From the NCBI GenBank assembly GCA_015064805.1, contig SVRN01000004.1, positions 24,965 through 88,964 of the forward strand: DNA of 64,000 bases. The letters are read 5' to 3'. Made by a program: the position numbers and the translations under genes. This document shows positions 20,304 to 28,520 of this stretch, piece by piece. The first letter of the stretch is position 1. Each line of letters starts with the position of its first letter. This stretch comes from Oscillospiraceae bacterium (GTDB lineage: Bacteria > Bacillota > Clostridia > Oscillospirales > CAG-272). The notes under the pieces are model-generated. The model searched no databases, was not told where the DNA came from, and was given only the letters and a program-made list of their open reading frames with translations.

Positions 20304-21149
20304 TTACAGTGTATGCGGCGGCGTGAGAACGGCCATCCGCTCCTGCCCGCCAAGGTCGCGGTGGACGGTGCAGGCATCACCCGCCTCGGCCGCCAACGCG
20401 CGCAGGGCGTCGCCCTGGTCGTAGCCCATCTCGAAGATGAAGCAGCCGCCTGCCTTCAGCGCGGCTCGATAGTCAGAACCTAAAATCATGCGGCGGTAAA
20501 AGATCAGCCCGTCCTCGCCGCCGTCCAGCGCGGCGCGGGGCTCAAAGGCCAGCTCGGGCGCGAGCGTGTCGATCACGGCAGGGGTGATGTAGGGCGGATT
20601 GGAAAGGATGGCGTCAAACGAGCCAAGCTCGGCCATGAAATCGCCGCGCAACACGTCTCCTCGGATCAGCGTCAGCCGATCTTCGCCAACACCGTTGCGG
20701 CGGGCGTTGCGCTCGGCCAGCGATAGTGTGGCGTCAAACAGATCGACCGCCACGGCAGATAGATCGGGACGCTCGCAAAGCAGGGAAATGGCAATACAGC
20801 CGCTGCCCGTGCAAAGGTCGATGAAACGGCCGCCTTGGGGCAGTTTCCGCGCGGCGTAGTCGACGAGCAGCTCGGTGTCGGGGCGGGGAATCAGGCAATC
20901 GGGCGACACCTCGTATTCCTGCCGCCAAAAACCCCACGTTCCTAAGATATACTGTAACGGGAATCGCGCGGCGCGCTGCTCGACCGCGCGCGAGAGCGCG
21001 CCTTCGGGGTCGGGAAGGGGAGCGTCTGCCATCTGCCGCAGGGCGAGCGGTGAAAGGGCGCAAAAATGCTCGGCCAGAAGCTGTGCCTCTCGGCGCGCGT
21101 CTTCAATGCCTGCCGCGGCAAGCCGCGCAGTAATATCCTGCAATGTCAT
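20304..21149 (-). CDS. prmC: Release factor glutamine methyltransferase
   Basis: PLQYILG, LIPRPDTE, DLCTGSGCI, SNPPYI, EP..ALDGG.DGL. Confidence 0.96.
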   Translation of the reverse strand: MTLQDITARLAAAGIEDARREAQLLAEHFCALSPLALRQMADAPLPDPEGALSRAVEQRAARFPLQYILGTWGFWRQEYEVSPDCLIPRPDTELLVDYAARKLPQGGRFIDLCTGSGCIAISLLCERPDLSAVAVDLFDATLSLAERNARRNGVGEDRLTLIRGDVLRGDFMAELGSFDAILSNPPYITPAVIDTLAPELAFEPRAALDGGEDGLIFYRRMILGSDYRAALKAGGCFIFEMGYDQGDALRALAAEAGDACTVHRDLGGQERMAVLTPPHTL

Positions 21150-21393
21150 ACCTTTTCTCCCTTCTTGTGTGAATCTTTCCTTATTATAACAGATTTCGCG
21201 GCGAATATCAATAAATATGTTGGATTTTCGCGTCGATCGACCTTGATATTTTGAAATGAAAGTATTGACTTTTTGTCGAATATCCCGTATAATGAAAAAA
21301 AGTAATACTTATGTAATACTTTGTTCACGAAGTCTGCCAAGACTTCCCCCTGGCAAAGAATTTTGCCGGCCACTATGAAAGGAGTACACCCCT

Positions 21394-22350
21394 ATGAACG
21401 ACACCCAAACCACGGCAGTCGAGACGCCTGCAGAGCAGGAGTCCGCAATGCCTGCGACGGCCAAAGAGCGTTACGTTGCTCCCAAGCGTCGCCGCAGATG
21501 GGGCGACCGTAAGGATGGCCGCCGCCTGCGCACCATCCAGCCCATGTCCCGTCTGATGCCCTTCATCATGCCCAAGAGAAGTGATGCCTGTAACATGTTT
21601 ACCGACTCCTTCGACGTCACCGAGGCGGACAAGTATTGCCGCCGCATGATCCGTGACGGCTACACCAATTTCAACTTCATGCACCTGCTCATCGCCGCCT
21701 ACGTACGCGCCGTATCGCAGTATCCCGCCATCAACCGTTACGTCAGCGGCCAGCGCATCTTTGCGAGAACGGAGATCACGGTGGTCATGACCATCAAAAA
21801 GAGCATGAAGATCGACGAGCCCGACACCTGCATCAAGGTCACCTTCGCCCCCGACGATACGGCGGCCGAGATCTACGAGAAGTTCAATCAGATCGTGCAG
21901 GCAAATCAGGAGGACGCCGAGTCCAAGAGCGACTTTGATAAGATCATGGACTTCTTCACCAAGTTCCCCCGTCTCATTCTTCGCGGCGTGGTGGGGCTGG
22001 TCAAATGGTTTGACTACCACAGCGTGGTTCTCTTGCCCGATCTGCCTTTCTACGGCTCTATGATCATCACCAGCATGGGATCGCTCGGTATCCCCGCCAT
22101 CTACCACCACATCTACGACTTTGGTAACCTGCCCGTTTTCCTGGCCTTCGGTAAGAAATATTACAAGCTGGTCATGGACCGTGAGGGCAACGTCTTCAAG
22201 CGCCGCCACGTCGACCTCAAGGTCGTCACCGACGAGCGTATCTGCGACGGCTTCTATTACGCCAGCGCATTCAAGTACATCAAAAAGCTCATCGAGCACC
22301 CCGAGGCACTGGACGAGCGCCCCGAAAAGGTCGTCGAGGACGTCGATTGA
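21394..22350 (+). CDS. Stand-alone 2-oxoacid dehydrogenase E2 catalytic-domain-like / CAT-fold acyltransferase
   Basis: R.DGR, YPAINRY, ITSMGSLG, D(E)RICDG; no lipoyl domain. Confidence 0.8.
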   Translation: MNDTQTTAVETPAEQESAMPATAKERYVAPKRRRRWGDRKDGRRLRTIQPMSRLMPFIMPKRSDACNMFTDSFDVTEADKYCRRMIRDGYTNFNFMHLLIAAYVRAVSQYPAINRYVSGQRIFARTEITVVMTIKKSMKIDEPDTCIKVTFAPDDTAAEIYEKFNQIVQANQEDAESKSDFDKIMDFFTKFPRLILRGVVGLVKWFDYHSVVLLPDLPFYGSMIITSMGSLGIPAIYHHIYDFGNLPVFLAFGKKYYKLVMDREGNVFKRRHVDLKVVTDERICDGFYYASAFKYIKKLIEHPEALDERPEKVVEDVD

Positions 22351-22511
22351 CCTATATAAAAAGGAAGTCTTTTCGAGGGAAAAGGCTTCTTTTTTTATTT
22401 GGATTTAATTTCTACAAAAAAAGTATAATTATTTTTCAAAAACCTCTTGACAAATGCGCAAAAGTATACTATAATGGTAGTGTAATGAGGAACAGGACAG
22501 GAGGGAAGGCC

Positions 22512-22958
22512 ATGATCGGATTGACCAGAGAAGCAGACGGCGCGTTGCGTATCGTTTGGCTGCTGGGCAAAACGGGCAAAGTGACCGATGCGGGTAGCAT
22601 CGCCGAGCGCGTGGCAGTATCCCCAAAATTCACGCTGAAGATCTTGCGTCGGCTTTTGCAGGACGGCGTTGTCCGTGCACAGCGAGGCAAAAGCGGCGGC
22701 TACGCGCTGGCTCTGTCGCCGAGCGACATCACGGTGCGCCGCATCGTGGAGCTGATCGACGGGCCCATTGCCATCAACCGCTGCCAGGAGGAGGATTTCT
22801 TCTGTTCCCGTATGGGCTATGACAAAGGCTCTTGCCGTTTTCATTGCCTGTTTGCCGCCGTCAGCGCGCGTCTTGCTCGTGACCTTGAGGCGGTAACGCT
22901 GGAGATGATGCTCTCAGAGGAGCATTGTCCGAGTGAATTTCTGATACCCAAAAAATAA
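22512..22958 (+). CDS. Rrf2-family regulator
   Basis: [28 protein letters not shown], three C-terminal Cys; TTGACA-17-TATAAT upstream. Confidence 0.92.
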   Translation: MIGLTREADGALRIVWLLGKTGKVTDAGSIAERVAVSPKFTLKILRRLLQDGVVRAQRGKSGGYALALSPSDITVRRIVELIDGPIAINRCQEEDFFCSRMGYDKGSCRFHCLFAAVSARLARDLEAVTLEMMLSEEHCPSEFLIPKK

Positions 22959-22995
22959 AAATATATTTCATTTTATACTTAGGAGGATTTTGATC

Positions 22996-23583
22996 ATGAA
23001 AAAGTTTGTATGTCCCGTTTGCGGTTACGTCCATGAGGGTGAGAGCGCACCCGAGAAGTGCCCCGTTTGCAAGGTTCCCGGTTCCAAGTTCACCGAGGTC
23101 AAGGGTGAGATGAAGCTGGCCGCTGAGCACGAGTACGGCGTATACGCCAAGACCGTCAAGAACAACCCCGACATCTCCGAGGAAGACAAGAAGTACATCT
23201 TCGAGCAGCTGATGGCGAACTTCCAGGGCGAGTGCTCCGAGGTTGGTATGTATCTGTGCATGGCTCGCATCGCACACCGCGAGGGCTATCCCGAGATCGG
23301 TCTGTACTGGGAAAAGGCCGCTTGGGAGGAAGCAGAGCACGCAGCAAAGTTTGCAGAGCTCCTCGGTGAGGATCTCGAGCCCAACATGAAGGCGACCACC
23401 AAGGATAACCTGAAGTGGAGAGTTGACTGCGAGTACGGCGCAACCCAGGGTAAGTTCGACCTGGCCGCTTGCGCCAAGAAGAACGGTCTGGACGCCATCC
23501 ACGACACCGTTCACGAAATGGCCAGAGACGAGGCTCGCCACGGCCGCGGTCTGGAAGGTCTGCTCAACAGATATTTCAAGTAA
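22996..23583 (+). CDS. Reverse rubrerythrin / NADH peroxidase
   Basis: N-terminal CPVCGY..CPVC rubredoxin; [19 protein letters not shown] diiron ligands. Confidence 0.95.
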   Translation: MKKFVCPVCGYVHEGESAPEKCPVCKVPGSKFTEVKGEMKLAAEHEYGVYAKTVKNNPDISEEDKKYIFEQLMANFQGECSEVGMYLCMARIAHREGYPEIGLYWEKAAWEEAEHAAKFAELLGEDLEPNMKATTKDNLKWRVDCEYGATQGKFDLAACAKKNGLDAIHDTVHEMARDEARHGRGLEGLLNRYFK

Positions 23584-23598
23584 TATAAACGTGCCTCC

Positions 23599-23631
23599 AA
23601 GGGGAGCAGATTTCGGTCTGCTCCCTTTTTT
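23599..23631 (+). terminator. Intrinsic terminator after rubrerythrin
   Basis: GGGAGCAGA..TCTGCTCCC plus T-tract. Confidence 0.8.
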
Positions 23632-23766
23632 GGTTGGCTTTTTAAGCGAAGCATTGACAGAGCTTCCGTATCATGCTATAATTAATAAAAGATGATAAGC
23701 TTTTCATTATGAAGATTGTGCTGATATATGGAATCCGGTTTTTATTCTATCATAGGGAGATGAAAA

Positions 23767-24834
23767 ATGCAAACGGATAGCTTCAAATCTGAACGACTCC
23801 ACGGAATAGATGTGCTGCGCGTTATTCTGTCTTTTTGCGTCATTACTCTTCATATTTTGTATTATGGCGGTTTTTGGGAGCAGGCAGATCCTTCTGATCC
23901 CACATTCTATTTTTTATGGTTTGTGGGCATAGCAATTGATGGCACGGTAAACTGCTTTGCAATTATCACCGGCTTTGTGCTGTACAATAAACCCACCAAA
24001 TATTCCGGTGTTCTGTATCGTTTCTTAACGGTGTTGTATCACGGCCTGCTGATTACGGCTCTGTTTTGGATTTTTTGCTCGGAGATCGTACACAAAGCAA
24101 ATTGGATTCAGGCGTTGTTTCCAATTGCTTATGAGGAGTTTTGGTATTTTACTGCATATTTGGGTGCGTTTTTCTTCGCTCCGCTTGTTTCAAAAGGAAT
24201 GCAGGCGTTATCCAGGAAGCAGGCAAATGTGCTGATTTTGGCCTTGATTCTTGTTTTTAGCCTGTTTCCTACGGCAACAGGCAAGGATCCGTTCCATTTG
24301 AAGTACGGATATAGTGCTTTTTGGCTTTTGATACTATTTACTATTGGTGCCTATCTGAGAAAATACCATATGGAATTTCGGTTCAGACCTCGTTTTTATG
24401 CGTGCCTCTTTGCCGGATGCATTCTGGTCACTTGTCTTGGCGTAGTTTTATCGATGGTCTATCCTTCCTTTTATGGTATGCGATTGATAGAGTATACGTC
24501 CCCTACCATTGTTTTGGCCGCCATTGCGCTAGTCTTGCTTTTCGCGTCCGTGCATGTTTCCCCGGGGCTCCAAAAGATATGTGTTTTCTGTACAAGTTTC
24601 ACGTTCAGCATATACTTATTACACGAACAGCCTTTGGTCCGTCAGAGCCTTATAAATGACAGATTTGTTCCAGTGCTGTCCCTTCCCGGTGTTCTTCAAC
24701 TTGCGATCATTCTGGCAAGCACAGTTGTTATATGGGTCGTTTGTTTCTGCCTCGATTTGATCCGACAGCTCGTATTTCGAATTTTGAAGATCGATTCGTT
24801 GCTCCACAAGCTAGACAAGCGGCTGCAATCTTAG
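23767..24834 (+). CDS. Acyltransferase family 3 (OafA-like) membrane protein
   Basis: R..GID.LR, H, VNCF..ITG, WYF.AY, TF.IYLLH; AT-richer codon usage than neighbours. Confidence 0.9.
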   Translation: MQTDSFKSERLHGIDVLRVILSFCVITLHILYYGGFWEQADPSDPTFYFLWFVGIAIDGTVNCFAIITGFVLYNKPTKYSGVLYRFLTVLYHGLLITALFWIFCSEIVHKANWIQALFPIAYEEFWYFTAYLGAFFFAPLVSKGMQALSRKQANVLILALILVFSLFPTATGKDPFHLKYGYSAFWLLILFTIGAYLRKYHMEFRFRPRFYACLFAGCILVTCLGVVLSMVYPSFYGMRLIEYTSPTIVLAAIALVLLFASVHVSPGLQKICVFCTSFTFSIYLLHEQPLVRQSLINDRFVPVLSLPGVLQLAIILASTVVIWVVCFCLDLIRQLVFRILKIDSLLHKLDKRLQS

Positions 24835-24951
24835 AGCGAGGATTCCAAAATACATAACGCAAGCCCACCGTTCACGAAATGGCCAGAGACGAGGCTCGCC
24901 ACGGCCGCGGTCTGGAAGGTCTGCTTAACAGATATTTTAAGTAATCAATAA

Positions 24952-25200
24952 ATGCGAGGGGAAAACTTTTTTGAAAAAAAGCTTTCCCCTCGCGCTCCCT
25001 TTTCAAAAAACCGAAAAAAGGAACAACGCTTATATAAAATTTTCGGTCAAGCCTTTTTTAAAAGGCTTGCAGGTCGAGGACGGCGTCCTCGTCGCTCTCC
25101 GCAGAGAGCGAAATCTTTTATGATCTCCAAGCGCCCGAAAGGGTGAATTTTCCGCGCTCGCGCGGAAAAGAGGGGAAACCACAAGTGGGGTTTTCCTTTT
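24952..25200. repeat. Family-2 REP-like palindrome cluster
   Basis: GGGGAAAACTTTTTTGAAAAAAAGCTTTCCCC plus a hairpin series shared with 52627-52800 and 31210-31290. Confidence 0.85.
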
Positions 25201-25211
25201 TTTATTTCTGA

Positions 25212-25565
25212 TCATATAGTGACGATATGTAATTCTTTGCCGTGCTTTTGGGCATAAGAAATCAAGGATTTTGTTCCGCGGGACGCACCGTCCCAAAAAG
25301 CAACGACGCAGTCCGCCTGTATCACCATCTCCTCGTTGCGGATGGGACCTGCCGCGCGGCCGTAGCGTTTCCAGTTGGCCGGGTATATTTCGACTGCCAG
25401 CGCGTGCTCCTTGGCATAACGCTCGGCAAGTAAATCCACACCGGTACAATGGCCGGATAGAAAAACGATGCCTGAATGATCGTACGGTGCTAAAAGCCGA
25501 TCCAAGTGCCTCTCTATTAACTCGTAATCATGAAAGTTTCTACAACCACCGATCACAATGCGCAT
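25212..25565 (-). CDS. SLOG superfamily protein (DUF2493/YspA-like)
   Basis: MRIVIGGCRNF.DY, SG.C.GVD.LAE.YA, YPANW..YGRAAGPIRN, AFWDG.SRGT. Confidence 0.88.
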   Translation of the reverse strand: MRIVIGGCRNFHDYELIERHLDRLLAPYDHSGIVFLSGHCTGVDLLAERYAKEHALAVEIYPANWKRYGRAAGPIRNEEMVIQADCVVAFWDGASRGTKSLISYAQKHGKELHIVTI

Positions 25566-25685
25566 AACCAACACCTCGCTTTCAAGAATATTGTATCATA
25601 CTTTCGCGTCAAAAATGCAATACATTTGCGATGCATACAACAAGCACAAATTGTAATACAATGATATTGCAAGAGGTGATGGTAC

Positions 25686-25868
25686 GTGAAACAATTTAAG
25701 GTTCCTTCTATTCCGCCCACGACCAGCAAATGTATTCGTATTCCCAACGACGTGATCGAGCAGGTGGAAAAGGAAATTCAGGGCAAGAATTGCACGTTCT
25801 CGGCGTTCGTCGTCGAGGCGGTCAGAGTCGCACTTGCAAATTTAGAAGAAGAAAAGAAGGCTGACTAA
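25686..25868 (+). CDS. Small ribbon-helix-helix-like DNA-binding protein
   Basis: GAGGTG RBS; KCIRIPND..E.VE.......FS.FVVEAVR.AL pattern. Confidence 0.75.
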   Translation: MKQFKVPSIPPTTSKCIRIPNDVIEQVEKEIQGKNCTFSAFVVEAVRVALANLEEEKKAD

Positions 25869-25943
25869 AAAAGGACAGAGAAGGGTATATTCTCTGTCCT
25901 CTTTTCTTGGTAAGCGGTGCATCAGGAGCACGAATGCTATTTT

Positions 25944-26177
25944 AGTTATGAGTGATAAGGCTCGCTACTTGCTATGCAAGCGGCGCTCGCCGTTATGAGT
26001 TTGCCTTTGGCTTCGCCAAAATGCAAACGTTATGATATGATCGCCAACTAACTTCAAACTGTGCCGCAGGCACATCATAACTTGGCGTAGCCAATCATAA
26101 CTGCTTTGCGCCGGTGGCGCAAAGCTTAAACTCGCTGCAGGCGATCATAACTGCCTTGTGCCCTTTGGGCACAAGGC
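25944..26177. repeat. Family-3 hairpin array with GTTATGA / TCATAAC linkers
   Basis: 3x GTTATGA in the left half, 3x TCATAACT plus variants in the right half, alternating with different hairpins. Confidence 0.8.
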
Positions 26178-27029
26178 TCACACGATTCCACTGACCTGCA
26201 AAACGGCCGCGCCGGGGACGAGCGTCCACTCGCCCGTGCCGGGGTCCTGGGTGTAGGTGGCGGCGGGGACGGTGATGACGCTGGGGGCGGTGGAAAATTC
26301 ACCCGTCGCCTCGTCGTAGGTGTAGCTGCCTTCGGGCAGTGTCACACCGTTCAGCGTCACGACGAGATCCGAGAGAACGGGATCAAAGACGTCGGTCACG
26401 ACCAGATCGTCGGTCGCGACGGCTGCCTCGTTGCCGCCGTTCTCGACCACGAAGGTGTAGGTCAGGCGCTCACCGTCCGAGACGGTGGTGGGGCTGAGCG
26501 ACTTGGTGATCGAAAGGGCGGTGCCGCTCTGAACGGTGACCGTCTCGCTTGCACGAACGGGGGTGGGAACACCGGGGCCTGTGATGGTCGCGGTGTTGGT
26601 GATGGTCGAGCCGACTGCCAGCGGTGCGAACGCATTGGGCAGGGCGCGATACAAAAGCAGGGCGTTACTGCCTGCGGGAACGCTCAATCCGCTGACGATC
26701 AGAGGATCACGCGAGGTGACGGTCGGTGCGCTCTGGGGCACGCCGTCGACAAAATACAGCGCCGAGCCCTCGACGTAAGTCAGAGGCGTCTGCGTGCCCG
26801 TGCCGACGGGGTAGGCGCCGAGGTCGTCGGTGACGGAAAGAGCCGTCAGGGTACTCGTGCCTGTGTTGATGATATTGACCAGATAGGTCAGCTCCTCGCC
26901 CAGGGCGTAGTTCTCGGTCGTCGCCACCTTATTGGCCGACAGTACCTCGCGAAATTCGCCCGTGACGATATTGGAATTGGTGGCGCCGCCGCGATACGTC
27001 AGCGTCGCCTGGTTATAAAACGTTGCCAT
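26178..27029 (-). CDS. DUF11-like (conserved repeat domain) beta-rich protein
   Basis: FYNQATLTY..SN.V.G, LTY.V.I.NTG, V.DDL, ITNTATI, LSITKS. Confidence 0.8.
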   Translation of the reverse strand: MATFYNQATLTYRGGATNSNIVTGEFREVLSANKVATTENYALGEELTYLVNIINTGTSTLTALSVTDDLGAYPVGTGTQTPLTYVEGSALYFVDGVPQSAPTVTSRDPLIVSGLSVPAGSNALLLYRALPNAFAPLAVGSTITNTATITGPGVPTPVRASETVTVQSGTALSITKSLSPTTVSDGERLTYTFVVENGGNEAAVATDDLVVTDVFDPVLSDLVVTLNGVTLPEGSYTYDEATGEFSTAPSVITVPAATYTQDPGTGEWTLVPGAAVLQVSGIV

Positions 27030-27235
27030 AAATTCATACCTTTCTTGAAAAAATCCGACGCGCGTGCGTGTCGGGAAGGGCAGTTGCCCTCCTTTATCAG
27101 TGTATGCGGCGTGTCGCATCCCGTCACTTTGCGGCGCTTTTGAGGGAAAGTGACCGAAAAGTAGCCCCTTTTGCCTGCAAAATCAAGAAATTTTCCTGAA
27201 AAGTAAGAAAAAATATGAGAAATTTCATAAAATTC

Positions 27236-27264
27236 TTGACAAAACGGTTGTTTTTGTATATAAT
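27236..27264 (+). promoter_or_regulatory. Sigma-A promoter of the rpmH operon
   Basis: TTGACA-17 bp-TATAAT. Confidence 0.85.
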
Positions 27265-27339
27265 ATAGGTTGTCATTGTATAAAAGCGATAAGCATAGGG
27301 CTTGTTCGCTTCCGATCAACGAACAAGGAGGAAACAAAA

Positions 27340-27474
27340 ATGCTCAGAACCTACCAGCCTAAGAAGCGTCAGAGAAAAAAGGAGCATGGCTTCCGCAAGA
27401 GAATGAAGACCGCTGACGGCAGAAACGTTCTCAAGAGAAGACGTGCAAAGGGCAGAAAGAGACTGACTCACTAA
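27340..27474 (+). CDS. rpmH: 50S ribosomal protein L34 (missed by the ORF track)
   Basis: Manual translation [44 protein letters not shown]; AGGAGG RBS. Confidence 0.98.
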   Translation: MLRTYQPKKRQRKKEHGFRKRMKTADGRNVLKRRRAKGRKRLTH

Positions 27475-27672
27475 TCTCGCCCGCTTTTGTACTCACATAA
27501 AACCTCCGGTGCTCCGCGATTCACGTACGTCGTATCCGTGGCATCGGGGTTTTTGCTGTGTACCCCCCAAGCGTCCCAACATCTTTTATTTATTACCCAT
27601 CTGCGGCCGCGTCCGCACGACGGAAGCTGACAATGACCAACGCTAAAGTCCAAACGGAACAAAGGAAACAAC

Positions 27673-28056
27673 ATGAAGTTCGTTGCGATCAAGGAGCATC
27701 ATCTGTATAACAAGGCCTATCGGCAGGGCAATCGCTTCGTCGGGCGCTACGTGGCCGTCTACGTGCTGCGTGACTATATGGCCAAAAAGCTGATGATCGC
27801 TCATCCCCAAAAGCGGTTCGTTAACAGAATCGGGCTGTCCGTGACCAAGAAGGTAGGCGGGGCCTGTGTTCGCACGCGCGCCAAGCGCATCATTCGCGAG
27901 GCTTACCGCGCCATTGAAAAAGAGGGCAACCTCAAAACGGGCTATTTGATCGTCATGGCCGCCAGAAGCGAGATCGTGGGCAAAAAAACGCAGGATATTG
28001 AAAAAGAGCTGCGGCTGGCCTTCGACAAGCTCGGCTTTTTCCAAACGAGAGCATGA
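27673..28056 (+). CDS. rnpA: RNase P protein component
   Basis: [24 protein letters not shown]; position after rpmH. Confidence 0.95.
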   Translation: MKFVAIKEHHLYNKAYRQGNRFVGRYVAVYVLRDYMAKKLMIAHPQKRFVNRIGLSVTKKVGGACVRTRAKRIIREAYRAIEKEGNLKTGYLIVMAARSEIVGKKTQDIEKELRLAFDKLGFFQTRA

Positions 28057-28424
28057 AGTGGCTTTGTATCTGGCTGATCCGCTTTTATCAGCGTTTTATC
28101 TCCCCGCTAAAGGGGCGTCCGACCTGCCGATTTACCCCCAGCTGCTCCGCTTACGGCCTTGAGGCCTTTCGCAAGCGCGGTTTTTTCGTGGGGGCGTTTC
28201 TGACGGTGCGACGTATCCTTCGATGTAATCCATTTAATCCGGGCGGGTACGATCCTGTTCCCGAAAAGGGACAGCCCATTCGATCGAAAAAACGCAAAGA
28301 CACGAAAGAGGAGGAGCCCAAGCTCATTTGCGAGGACTACCTTGCACGCCGCGAGCGGCACGGGCAACCATCCGAGACGGATGAGGCCGAGTCGCAAACG
28401 CAAAACGACGATTCAAGAGACTGA
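28053..28424 (+). CDS. yidD: Membrane protein insertion efficiency factor
   Basis: [34 protein letters not shown]. Confidence 0.95.
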   Translation: MKWLCIWLIRFYQRFISPLKGRPTCRFTPSCSAYGLEAFRKRGFFVGAFLTVRRILRCNPFNPGGYDPVPEKGQPIRSKKRKDTKEEEPKLICEDYLARRERHGQPSETDEAESQTQNDDSRD

Positions 28425-28520
28425 CCTTTGCCGCAACACCGCGCGGCCGGAAAATAAGTGGGCGGTGTATTTCCCAAAATACAGAAGGGAGCTTTTGTAG
28501 TTTCTACAAAACGTAAACAA

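Larger units (their letters stand above)
23505..24945 (+). repeat. 80-bp direct repeat (23505-23584 and 24866-24945) flanking an acyltransferase cassette
   Basis: CACCGTTCACGAAATGGCC...AAGTAAT duplicated with two differences (CTC/CTT, TTC/TTT). Confidence 0.95.

Noticed and set aside
25944-26177. Possible CRISPR array
   Set aside because: The constant part is only 7-8 nt, the variable parts are self-complementary and uneven in length, and no cas genes are present.
27030-27340. oriC expected upstream of rpmH
   Set aside because: No DnaA-box cluster and no dnaA gene seen.
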